From: Protoeuglena noctilucae
Lineage: Eukaryota
Direction: 5' to 3'
Assembly (NCBI GenBank): GCA_958009085.1
Contig: OY253675.1
Span: 434,001-498,000 of the forward strand
Length of the DNA: 64,000 bases
The translations under genes and the position numbers were made by a program. The notes under the pieces were generated by a model that saw only the letters and a list, made by a program, of their open reading frames with translations, did no database searches and was not told where the DNA came from. This document shows, piece after piece, positions 12,301 through 24,458 of the stretch (position 1 is the stretch's first letter; every line of letters starts with the position of its first letter).

Positions 12301-14868
12301 GGTTGTGGTGGTTGTTGAGTGCGTGAGGGGGCTGAGGGGAGGGAGGTGCGGTGTGGGAAGCGTGCAACTGAGGGAAACACGGTAGGCAACCCCACACACA
12401 TACCCAGATGCACCCCCACACCCTCCCACACCCCCACCTGTTGTTGAGCAGCATGGGGTGCCCCGGTATCCCCTCCAAACACGCAGAGTACATTCCCACG
12501 GCCGCGTGTGGCTGCCGGCGGTGCATGGCCGCATTGCCATGGTCCTTGAATGGGAGATATCGAGAATCGCAGCCCTGCCACTGCGGGGGTCGAAGGGTGC
12601 ATAACAGATGAGTTGTCATGCGAGAGAGCGGGGGTCGCAGCCTGCCACTGCAAGTGTTGAGGTGGCATATCACAGCACATCACGATGCTTTCTTAAGGTG
12701 TGTACATGTCAACTATCACAGCCCAGCCATTGTCCCACACACACCCCTCACAACAACCCCTCACCGCTTGCTCGGCGTTTGAAAAGTCCCTCCCGTCATC
12801 CCACTGCACGCCTCCCTTCACACCCAACGCAGATGTAGATGCACCCAGCACAGATGCCGGCGATTGCTCGTGATGCCCATTTCCCTCCCCCCACGTCCTC
12901 ACAGCAGCTCCCCTCTCCATCCCCACCGCCCCATCCCCACCCCCGTCGCCAGTCACATCAAACGCATAAGCATGGTCGCCGTGATAGGTGGCCACCAATT
13001 GCGATCCTTTATTGGAAAAGGAGACGTAGGTGCAGTGGACGCGGGGGCCATCGCGACTCGACAGGTGGAGGTGGGTGGGGGCAAGGGCGAGGGTGGGGCC
13101 GGGGGCGGTGCGGGCGGCAGAGAGGGTGGTCTGCGGGGGGTTAAGGGAGGGATAGTGATGGTGATGTTAACGGTGATGGTGATAGTGATACTGATGGTGA
13201 TAGTGGGGTGGAAGTAATAGTAATAGTAATAGTAATAGTAATAGTAATAGTAATAGTAATAGTAATAGTAATAGTAATAATAAGCTGCAATCCCTCGCCG
13301 GCGACAGCTTCCTGCGATCGTAAACGCGCACGAACGCGTCCTCGCACCCCAGCGCCATCATGTGCGGTCGGGAGGGGTTGATGGCCAGGGATTTGATGCC
13401 GGTGACGAAGCGTGACCCGCGGCACTCGATCAGCACGTTGGGGGAGTGGGCGGGGTCGGACCTGTGAAGGGGGGGTTAAGTGGGGGTGGGGTGGCGATGA
13501 GGTAGGGGGTGAGGGAGGGCGTAAGTTGCTTAGCCTAGCCGTACGTTTACGTTTAGTATTCTCTCATTCACCCCAATCGCACATGCCCTTTCATAGCCCC
13601 TCGCCTGCCCATTGGCGTTCTCAGGTCGTACTGCCTCACGGTGCCGTCCTCGCTGGCACTCCAGAACAGGTGGGGCTCCATGGGCTCCACCTCCACCTGA
13701 GAGGGAGTGAGAGAGAGAGTGAGGGTCATTGTGAGTGATAGAGGGAGGGAGGGAGGGAGGGATGGTGAGCAAGTGACGGTGCATGCGAGTGACGGGGTGA
13801 AGGAGTGATGGCAGAGATACAACCCATGCACTGCCCATCCCCTCACCTGCTTGACGCGGTCGGCGTGGCAGCGGAAGGTGGTGGTGCGCCTTGACACGCG
13901 ATCGTGCATTGCAGCCGGGTCCTCGTGAGGCGCGGGCGCGGAGCGCGACAGGAGGCGCCAGGGGGCGTCGCGGGGGACCACGTCCAGCGTGTGGTGCGCC
14001 GCGGTGTTGTCCATGGCCCTGGGGAAAGCGGGAGGGTGGGTACTAAAGGGTGGGTGTTGGGGGATGGTACCGGTGGGTGCAGGTGATGGAGGTGAGTCGA
14101 ACGAGAACGCGGGGGACGAGTACAAATAGAGGCCTGCCTTGGGATGTCACGACACGTTCGTAGCTTCGATCGCGCTGCCTTAGAGTTGCTCCATCGAGCT
14201 GCCGAGGTCTGAAAAGCAGCGACTCACCCGGTGACGATCTGCGCGTTGCCCGTGCACGGCAGGAACTTGACGCCGAAGATGTTCATCGTATGGTCCGTGG
14301 CCATAATAATCCCCGAAGTGCCGTTGGTCGGGTAGCGCCTGCGGCGGACGCGGCGGGCGCGAGCTGCGCCCTGCGACCCGGCAACCAGCCCTCCCCGGCG
14401 CCCAGAGGCAGTCTGACCCGCTGCAGCGATGACCGATGCACAAACCTAACTGTACCTGATCATTACGCAGGTATCGTCGGAGCCGGACGCGAGGAACTGG
14501 CCGTCGGGGCTCCACGCGAGACGGTTGACGCACCCGTGGTGGCCGTACAGCACATCCTCCACGCACAGGCTCCGCGCGATGCCTGCGCGCGAGAAGAGTC
14601 GCTGTATAAGGTCATAGACGAGCTGCGCCGACGCGCGGGTCCAGGATTGCGACGGACGGGGCACGCGATAGGGTACGAGGGGCCAAGGGACCGGGGAACG
14701 TGGTTGAAGCCCAGCGCGGCACCCGTCTCCGACAATTGTTGCCCTGCAGGGCTCGAATCGATCGGGTCGAGACGGAGCCATCGCGCCTAGCGGGCACCCA
14801 CCCGGCGTGAAGTCCCCTCGGCCGCCCCAGCCGTCCGCCCGCAGGGAAGCCATCGCGTACTTGTGCAT
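9345..14868 (-). CDS. WDTC1: WD40 plus TPR DDB1-CUL4-associated factor, WDTC1/ASG2-like, with C-terminal CaaX
   Basis: LYGHHGCVNRLAWSPDGQFLASGSDD, NIFGVKFLP, CHADRVK, FWSASEDGTVRQYDLR, TPR-like RAAAYLHRNYAGDAFSALMD, RRYVGHCNVHTDIKEACFVG and VANCCQPHPVDPVLATSGIE. The last exon ends in CAMQ-stop at 9345. The exact start codon is uncertain (14868 or 14853). Confidence 0.88.
13213..13281. repeat. (TAGTAA)n hexanucleotide microsatellite in a WDTC1 intron
   Basis: About 11 near-perfect AGTAAT units, starting about 17 nt into the intron after the GC donor at 13298 (minus strand). Confidence 0.95.
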
Positions 14869-15245
14869 GGCTGACTTTAACAGGACACCTGGCCTGACAG
14901 GATGGCACACATGCGACGCGACCACGCAGCAATTGAAAAGTGGGCCGTGCACAAGGAGCCCCGAGGACTGCGGGAGCTGCAGGATGGTGTCTAGCTCCTT
15001 TGCTTCGCCGAGGCCGCACTGTCGCGCGATGGCAGCCTGACTGGCGCGATGTTGGCTTGGGCGCTTCGCTGACACGCCGACACCGTCTGGCGCCAGACCA
15101 CCTCGCGAGCGCCCGCGGCCCGTCTTGCGACGCTCATAAGTTTAACTTACGCAGCTCAGCCACCCAGCGCGCTGCTTAGGCAATCCCGTCCGGCGCGGCC
15201 GGCCTCACCAGCATCGCACCTGAACGCCCCGTCTTCGCGAGCCGC

Positions 15246-16401
15246 ATGGGGGGAGAGGGCCCGGACGCCCGCGAACGATTGCGGGATGCCCTTGCGATGG
15301 CCGCGGCGTGCGCGGTTGCGGAAACCGGGCTCCTCGCGCAGCTGAGGGAAGTGCGGGAGCGGCAGGCGCTGCTGGAGCGCGCGGCCGCGTGGGCGGGCGA
15401 CGATGCGCGGCCCGAGGATCATCCCGTGACTATCGATTCCGAGGCCGAGAACGTAAGGCAGGCGTTCGCGCTGCTGCGCTTCATCCGCGGCGGGGGCATG
15501 CGGCGGGACGCCGCATGGGATGAGCACCGGGCGCTGTGCTGGGCCGCGCGAAGGCTTTTGAGCTCCAATGAGGCTGAAGTGGGAGACGCAGCCATCGCGG
15601 GAGCGATACGGTGAGGACAGCGCGGGACGCGCACCGATACGTGCGGCAACGTTTGGGATTGAAGTTGCCGACGTGCTTTCACCCTCTCCGCAGCTGCGTT
15701 GCGCCCCGCTGGGACGTCCAGGTCGTGTCCCGATTGCTGGAAGACCTGGTGGAGGACCTACGCAGCCACCCCGGGCCCCGGGCCGAGCGAGTGGGGGGGC
15801 TTATCACCGCACTGGCAGAGTGCGCGACGTCGCAATGGGTGCGTGGCGCTGCAGATGCAGATGCTTTGCCAGTCGAGGAAATTGGGCGTACATGCAGCGA
15901 TGTCTGCAAGGATATCTGGTTTATATACCTCGCAGGGCCTGGTGTTCCTCCGCTCCCTGTCCCTGCTGCTCCACGTGGCCGCAACACTGGAGGGTGGCAC
16001 ACCCATCCATGCACAGGCGACGGAGCTGGCCCAGTGCGGCCACGCGGCATGTCTCGTGCTGCGAGTCGCGCGGACGTATCGCAAGGACCAGTCCGTGGTA
16101 ACCAAACAGCAGGCGAGAGCGCTGGCAAGGGCGGCAGCAACGAAGCGTGCCACCCGGCTGTCCATTCGTACCTCGATTGATACAAAGCTTCTGCATCTAC
16201 TTACTCTCATGAATCCAATGTGTAGTATCCGACCATCGCCCGCAGTGCAGCGCGGCGCTCGACTGCTTGTCCGCCCTCAAAGAGCGAGGAGCAGAGCTGC
16301 CACCCTCGCTGGGCCTGTGCTCCCGTGCCATCGACATCATCTTCGCGGCGGCGGGAGACGTGCTGAGCCGGGCGTTTCCGGGCATGCCCGGCCTCAGTTA
16401 G
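15246..16401 (+). CDS. hypothetical alpha-helical protein
   Basis: Exons ~15246-15610, 15693-15838, 15935-16097 and 16246-16401 (TAG) join in phase with GT-AG ends. Leu/Ala-rich, no motif recognised. Confidence 0.6.
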
Positions 16402-16528
16402 GCCGAGACGACCTGCCTCGCTCTGACTGCGGCATTCAAGCCACCCTGCACGGCGCACCGCAGCTGCACCTCTAGTCGCGCTGCGGCCCCGTTGTGAAGC
16501 GCAGGAGAGAAAAGGAAACTAATTACGA

Positions 16529-19500
16529 TCAAAACGGACTGTCCGAACTCTCCCGGTCGTCGTCCGCGAGCAGGTCTGGAGCGAACCCTGGGTCCGCTGC
16601 GCCCGCTGCGATCTCCCCGATGTCTTCCGTTTCCAGAAGCGGCGCCTCCTCCACGAGCGTGACGTCCAGATCGTCCTCGTCGCTGCCCTCCAGAATCTCC
16701 GATCCCTCGCTTCCGGAGACGTCCAGGTCGTGCGCCAGCCGGGAGGGCGCCGTCGACCGTGGCCCCGACCTCCGCATCGCCAGAAGCTGCGACCGCCCCG
16801 ACCCGGCCAGCGATGCGGGCTGCGATCGAACCGGCGACTCCTCCTGGAGACGCGCGAGCTCCTCCCGCTGCTCCCGCACGATCGCCTGCACGAAAACGAG
16901 CGATGTAGTTACCATCCATCAGCCGCGTGACTCATCGCCGCGTTGCCAAACAGCGCGTTGTAATTGCGCAGGTGATATGTCACGAGGTCGCAAACGCATC
17001 CGGACCGCCGCGGCCGCACGCCGCGGCCACCTGCACCTCGCTGCACCTCGCTAGACCACCTCACCTCGGCCTGCATGGTCATGGCCTGGCTCCTCAGCAC
17101 CTGCTCCCGCAGCCGCGCGACCTCCGACGACGGCCCCGCGCCCGCCGCGGACTGCGCGTAGAACCCGCCCCGCGCAGCCGCGTAGCTCCCCCCGACGCTG
17201 GCCGCATAGCTGCTCCTGGCCCGCCCACCCACGCTCGCCCGCCCCGCCACGCTCGCCGCCCCGCTGAACCTGCCCCTGGGCTGCGCCGCGAACGCCGGGT
17301 CCACGAACACCGGATTCCTCTCGTAGTATCTCCGCATGTCTTCCTCAGACTGTGATTAGGGGCGGGGGTGAAGGCAGGTGGGGTCGCATGAGTGTGAGCA
17401 GAGCAGCGCAAGTGTAAATGGTGCTGTTTCGCACTCCCCTCAACCCTAACATCTCTCCGTGAGTGCCGCTTAGCCCCTGCATCTTACCCTGTCATCCCTC
17501 ACCTCCCGGTAGATGCAGCTCTGATGCTATATCACATTCCCTCTCTCATCCCTCACCTCCCGGTAGATGCGGCTGAGTTCGACCCTCACCTCTCTTTATA
17601 GCAGCTGCACCTTACCCTCTGCATCTTAACCCCTCATCCCTCACCTCCCGGTAGATGCGGCTGAGCTCGGCGTCCGTGAGCTCCCGGAACTTGGCCAGCC
17701 CCATGGGCAGCCTCCCCATGATGTCCTTGACGAGCGCGGCCGCCAGTTTCTGCGCCTCCTGTTGCTCCAGCACCTCCGCGGGCGGCCTGGCGCGCTGGAG
17801 CAGCAGCACGAACACGCTCGACACCGCCACCGCGAACGACACCGCCAGAGCACGATCGGTCAGGAAGGGGCCCAGGTACGCGACTCCCATCAGCACGCGG
17901 TTGACTGTGTTGGCCTCGTGGGTGAGCAACTCCACCCGGCTCACGCCCATGCCGAACCAGCAGAGCGCGGCGACCGCCATGCACAGCACGAACCGGTGGA
18001 AACGTGCTTCGTCCAGGACGAGCCCCACCACGAGGGAGTAGGAGTAGAGGCTGACCACGAACGAGGAGCCGTGGTACATGGACACCCAGTCCTTGAAAAG
18101 GATATGGGCGCCACCCACCACGACCTCGGCACTCAGGATGCGGTACTGCTTGTCCTCGTCCATCAGCGTCAGGGCGGTCGCGACGAAGCACATGGCCGCG
18201 GAGAACGCCAGGGAGAGTGCACGGAGGAAGAAACGGTCCAGTCGGAATCGCCTTGCGTACCAGAAGACCTGGAGGGGGGCGGTGGCGAGGAAGTAGGCGC
18301 CACTGAGGGTCGACCAAAGGACATCTGGGGGGGGCAAGGGGAGGTAAAAGGGTTTGTGTGTGGGGGTTTTTATTCGGAAGGGGAGCGGTGGGGGTGGGTG
18401 TGTTGTTGTCAGGTGCGGTGCTTGCGTGTGTGAGCATCAGTTGGTGGTTGTGGATATGCTAATAAAACACTCCCACACCACTTGCCTGGGAGGAACTTGG
18501 CCCATCGTGGCTTGGCGTCGACCCATGCGGGCCGCACGGACAGCCACGTGAGGAGCGGCCCTGCGAGCTGGTAGGCTGCCATGGCCATGATGGCGCAGTA
18601 GAGGGTGAAGAGGGCGCTGGAGGGGAAGGGGAGGTGGGGGGCGAAGATGGCGGAGAACGCCACCACTGCGGGGGTGGGGGGTGGGGAGGGGTGGGTGGGG
18701 AGGGTCAGAGTGGGTGAGGGGCGAGCTGAGCGGAGAGCAGCATGGATGAGGATGTTATCAAAAGCGAGCACGGTGGACTGTGCGACTCCATACCGACACC
18801 CATACATGCCTGTCACTGAGTCCCGCACTCTGTCGCTACCCCTCACTGACATCTCCCTGTCGCTAACCCTATCGCTACCCCTCACCGACGTCTCCTGCCT
18901 GTCGGTGCTGCATCGACTCTACGCGGTAGTACCCGTCCTTCTCCCTCGCCTTGGCCTCCCGCTTGCCCCGCCAGACCTGGAGTGTGGGGCGGTCTGCGAC
19001 GGGGCGAGCGGTGGCTGAGAGCGTGAGGTTGGATCACAGGATGCACATGCATGGATAGTTGGGATAGGTGAGGTGTATCGAGCTTGGTTTGCGTAATGGG
19101 CATGCATGGGTGGGATGTACACGCCACCAAACACAAACAGAAACTAAGCCAGTCCCATTCATAGGTCTCACCTATGAGGTTCCACACGATGCCGACCCCC
19201 GCTGCCATGGCGAGTGCCCCCTTCCACCACGACGCGAGTGGCATGTTGGCCGTCTGCCACACCCACAGGTAGAGCCACGCGGCAGCGCAGTACTTGTACA
19301 CGTCGCGGTACGTGCGGGAGTTGTTGTGGCAGGGGTCCTGGGAGACATCGGGGGAGAGAGTAGAGAGAAATGAGTGTGGCGGATAAGAGTTGGCAGTCCG
19401 ATGCGCGTGTTGCAACTCTTGAGTTGCGCCGGCAGGGGCAACTGTCACGTGACCACAGGCAAAGCGAGCGCTGCATTCGACCCCCAACACAAAGAGGCAT

Positions 19501-21198
19501 ATGCCACCGCCATGATTCGATCCCAGATCCCTCAGGTCACCTGGGAGGAGAAGGAGGTGACCCAGGGCCCGACGGCCTCATGCCAGAAGATGAGGGCGCA
19601 GAGGGCGAGGCTGGCGACGCGGAATCTCAAATCGATGGGGGCAAACCCGGAGGCGGTGACCCAGAGACCCGTGGCCCAGTCGATGAAATGGTCGGGGCAG
19701 AGGAGGGAGAGGGGGCCGTTGAAGATGGCACGGTCCCTGCATGGTGCACAGGGGAGCCGAGCACAGCTGAGCAACAGCCAACATGGCATGGCCCCTCTGT
19801 TAACCACCTCATGGCACTACGCATGGCATGCAACTCCATATCACAATGCACACCACGCCAGTTCATCATATGTGACCTCGCACCTGGCCCCCGGCGCGAC
19901 CATGTCGGCCTCGACCTGGAACTTCCAGAAGGCGAGCCAGATGAGCAGCGTCACGGACTGGGCCAACGAGGAGAGCACGCCGCTCGAGTAGGCTCTCGCG
20001 GAGGACACGGCCAGGCCGACCAGCAGGACGTTGTGCTGGAAGGTCCGGTGAGTGCCTTTCAGAGCCAAAGAGAGGCCGCCCAGCCACGCCTTCGTGGTCA
20101 CCATGGACAGCAACGGGACCATGAGCAGCGGAAGGATCGAAGTGAGCGCCGAGAGCCAGCCGGGGACTGCAAGGGACGCGCAGCAGGGGAGTCGCAGCGG
20201 CGCTAGGTGCGACCATCGCTGCGCCGCGCGGAGGGCCGGGAGCGCGCGAGAGCCGACCAGATGGCGAGCTAATGCTGTGTCCTACATAGTGCACGCACCG
20301 AGGGAGAAGAAGACCGCGTGGATTTGGCCGGAGACCTGAGTGCTCCAGGCCCCCAGCTGCACCAAATCCGTCAGGCGCCATCCCGCGGCCAGCGCGATCA
20401 GGAGACATATACTCGCAGGCAGAACAAAGTACTTGAAGATCGCGGCGAGCCATCGCAGGACCAGGTCCACCAAAGGGTTCACGAGGACCCTCCGGCGCAC
20501 TCGGTTGCCCAATCCGTCCTGCGGCCGGGCGGGTCCGGGTTAGATGTTCCCAAAGAACAGCTTATCACGTGACATACCCGAAGTTGCCCGCCCGGACGCA
20601 TGCTGCGGCGGCTCTGCGCCCGGATGGACGCATGAGGTGAGCGCGTCCAGTCACTCGCCTCAAACACAATTTGGTCATCCTTTTGCACCATCCGGTATGC
20701 ATCATCGTCACTCCCGTCGGACGCCGTGTCGATGAGGCGGCAATCGGTCTGCGGGGCGCGGGGAGGGCCGTGCAGATGCGCGCTGCGTGTGCCGCGCCGC
20801 GATGGTGGGTATATCCGCCTGCGCCACGCACCACTTTGACCAGATGCCCGCAGTCGCTGCAGTAGGTCCTGTCCCCCGCCTTCCGCTGCTTCCCCCAGCA
20901 CTCCTCGCAGCGCACGTGGTCGTAGGCGCAGACCATCGGCTTCCGATCTCGCCGCTTCGAGTACCTCCGCCTGCGCAAAGAAACAGACATTCGCAATTGA
21001 AGCGCATCATAGAAGGTCCTCCGCCCCTTCCGCCGCGGCCCGCACGGATAGACCACGAAAACGCGACGGTCCTCGCCTGCACGAAGGGCAGCTCTCCTCC
21101 TCCCGCAGCATGTCTTGCGCGCGGCCGCGGCTCCCATTCTTGCTCGCGCGACCGGTCGGCGTGTGCAGATCCTCGCCCGGATCCTCCCTCCGCGCCAT
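16529..21198 (-). CDS. N-terminal RING-HC zinc finger plus polytopic membrane region plus acidic/coiled-coil tail (putative membrane E3 ligase)
   Basis: About 13 in-phase exons from the ATG at 21198. The spliced N-terminus reads CPSC-x14-CAYDH-VR-CEEC-x11-CSDC (C3HC4 spacing). It is followed by many hydrophobic segments (ORF pieces 20282-20512, 19841-20122, 19532-19807, 18882-19490, 18409-18885, 17612-18337), then SEEDMRRYYERNP... and ...ESSDSPF-stop at 16529. Confidence 0.7.
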
Positions 21199-21832
21199 CA
21201 GAGCTGCTCCGCTGATGGGCGCCACCCACTAAGCCGCCCGCGCTCCCGGGAGCCCCTCGCTCGATCCAGGCCACGCGGCTGCACCCCAGCTCGCTGATGT
21301 CGCTCGCGCAGCACTCCTTTTTGAAACCCTCTTCACGCGTCATTCAAGTTGATCACGGATCGTCCCTTTAAGGCCCCGGAAGTCGCGGTTTCATGACAAG
21401 AGGGGGATGAACAGGCTACAACAAGCTCCACAGCGACGCGATTACGGTATCACGGCCCTTCTGACTCGGCAATGCGATCACTGACGGCGTCAGTGGCGCG
21501 CCCACCCTGCCTGCACGACCACTTCCTGGGCCATGCGCTCCATGTCGCCCAGCGAGGACACCGCAGTGCCCTGGGGCACCGGGAAGCTCGACTCGCTTGG
21601 CATGAGGCGAAGGCCCTTGAGCTGCGGGCAGCAAAGCGCGTTGCACGTTCGCTCGCATCCCTCAGCCCCAGCGCTGGGCGTGCATTGTGACGTTCCGCAA
21701 ATACCATGCATCCCGTCTCCCGCTCGCCTGCATCACGTGCTCCCTTCTCCTCAGCTCGCATCGGAGAGGGTCCTTGGCCAGCAGCACCGTCACCCGGCTC
21801 GTCTGCAGCAAGCCAAGCGGGTGTGTGCATAG

Positions 21833-23903
21833 TTAATCAACCTGTGCAGCTATGATCGACATGACACCTAACAACGTGTCCATGTATTTGTCATGCACAA
21901 ATGCCGACGTGTGCTCATTACACCTTCTTGCATCCACCACATCTCGCGCCCCGTCATCACGCCTCACCTCGACAATCTGCCAGGCCTGCGGGGATATCCC
22001 ATCCGCCCAATCCTCCGCGGCCGGCCGCCTCCGCGTGGCGACGGGCGCGGCCGGCGCCGCCACCTCCGTCGTCGCTGCCGCGTCCGACGGCCTCCCTCGC
22101 CCCGTCACCACCCCTTTGCCCTGCGCGCTCGCCGGCCTCCGCGTCGCGCTGCCCGCCCTCCGCTCCCTCACGCCCTTCCCCGCCGCATCTGCTTCCGCTC
22201 CCTCCGGCACCGTCGCTGGTGTGGCGGGCACGGCCGCTGGAACAGGCGCAGGTGCAGGGACCTCGTATGTGGGCTTGACGATAAACAAATCGTCTGGGAC
22301 GACCAGGAAGTCCACGGCGTAGTCCAGGGACCTCTGCGCGAGGACCTCGACGACCTCAGACGTGCTGGGGTCGGCCGCTTGGGCGGGGTCATCGGGGAAG
22401 GGCACGCGGAAGAGGCGTGCTGTGGGGCGCAAGTGCCCTGACGCGCGCAGGGGCTCCATGACGGCGAGGTAAGGGTGTAGGGGCTCCGCGGGGTCGTCTT
22501 CCTTGACAGCAGGGGCCTCCGCTGCGGCGTTGATCATGATGGAGGCTCCCTTGGCGGGACGCACCTTGCGCTGGCTGCCCTTGGGCTGCGGAGGAGGCAG
22601 GCGTGGATGGCGTGAGTACATCGCGCAGCGATGCGCGCGGAACCTGTAACAGCGAGAAGCAAGCGCTATTAGCTGACACCGACAAGCGCAGGTGTAGGTG
22701 CATAGCCACCCCCTTCACCTCAGGGCTTGATGGCTGGGGCGGGGCGGGCGGGGCAGGCCCATCAAACGCCACGTGCCACGCCTCCGCGCAGTCTCCCTTG
22801 CGGACCATGTACGTCAGCATGGACGCGAAGGCGACCTGCGAGCCGGCGGTGCCATCCACAGGGCACACCCACTTGGGCCGCTCCTCGAGTGCCAGCCCAG
22901 TCGGGCGCACCAGGCACACCGAGCACGAGGCGCTCCTGCGGGAGCTAGGCATAGCGCGTTGGCAATATACATGAATGAAGAACACAGAGAAAGGACGACT
23001 GCAGCGCAGCGAGCGGTGCAGCGCACCGGAGGAGCGTCCGTGCTAGGGTGGACATGCAGGTCGGCACGGGCTGGCCGGACGGGGACTGCCGGCCGTCGCG
23101 GGACTTGCCCTGGGCGCCCACGACGAGGATGTCCAAATGAAGGTCCTCGGCGAGGCGCATTAAGCACTCGGCGACGCCGCAATTGGGCGGTTTCTGCGAC
23201 GTGATGATCGACAGTCGGGAGATGACAGCGCCGGAACGGCACATCGCTGCGGGCTGCAAACCAGCCGATGGCCGTCTCATACCTCGAGGTACACAAATCG
23301 GTACGTCCCCTGGGCTTTCAGCCTCTTGCCGAGCGTCTCGACGTGGTTGGTAATCTTCAGGGCCTCTTTCATGCCTTCGTTGTACACATGAAGAACTGCG
23401 GGTAGCATGTGAAAGGACGTCATTGACACTTGCCATCGGGAGCGTCCAAATCGGCTGATACCTCCTCCCGCGAGGCATGCAGGAGATGCGAAGGCCCTCT
23501 GCGCGCAAGCTCTCGCCGTGGAGGAATTCTCGCTGGCTGCCCGCTGGACGCACGAACTTGAGAGCGACCTCGAAAGCCCTCTCCGACATCTTGCTGCCGT
23601 CGAAGCACACCGCCACGCGCGGCCCTGCCTCGCCGGCATGTCGCATGGAAAAGTCCCGCTGGGCATGCTCGACCGTGTCGAATGGCTTCATCTGGTCCGT
23701 GTATTTGATCTCATGCGGGTCGACGACATCTGCGGGGCCAAAGACGGCCGAGGCGCGCGATTCAGAGGCGCATTGCCGCACGGGGCCTTTGTGCCCTTTC
23801 GTGGCGTCCGCGCCTCCTCACCCCTCTCACCCTTCGCCGCGTCGCCATTCTGAGCCGATTGCTGCGACGCGCCCGACAATCTTCGGGAAATCCTTACCGT
23901 CAT
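21833..23903 (-). CDS. universal stress protein (USP) domain protein, probably two USP-like domains
   Basis: RVAVCFDGSKMSERAFEVAL, VLHVY, LAEDLHLDILVVGAQG and CSVCLVRP, then a second WVCPVDGTAGSQVAF...VDFLVV segment. Some internal junctions were not resolved. Confidence 0.7.
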
Positions 23904-24458
23904 GGCGCTGTGTTGTGGCGGCCTATCGCGTCATCGACATTTCCCAACAACGCAGCCCCTCTGCTGGCCGCGACGGGCCTTTACGTGGCAAGAGTTGCGA
24001 CTGATGTTCTGAGGGCAAGGTCCACAGCGAGTCGCAGCTGTCGGAGACGAGCGCACGCACGGCACTTGCGCCGCCAGAGCTTGCAGCACGACCTGTGTCG
24101 TCGCATTTCACAACGCCCGACGACAACAAGGGCTGAGCTACACTGTGGGGCAACGCCTGATACTTCAAGCCGCTGTTAGGCATGCGTGCCACTCGCTGCC
24201 ACCCTTCACATGCGCGATGATGCTGTTTGCGCCATGGTGCAACCGACTGGCGTGAGGCCGAAGCACAAAACCAAGGGCAGGTACGTAAGGTGTACCTATG
24301 ACAGGTAGTTTACTGAGAGACACAACCCCGCCACTCCACTTCGCTCAACTCAGCCATGCCGCCCCATGCCACCTCTCACCAACCCCTCTCTCGTGCACTA
24401 ACCACTGACCCTACTCCCCTCAGCCCAGTCATGCACTGTGCCCCCTCTCCCTCCCTCA

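Noticed and set aside
13167..13425. poly-Leu or (IT)n protein segments
   Set aside because: These are translations of the intronic (TAGTAA)n microsatellite.
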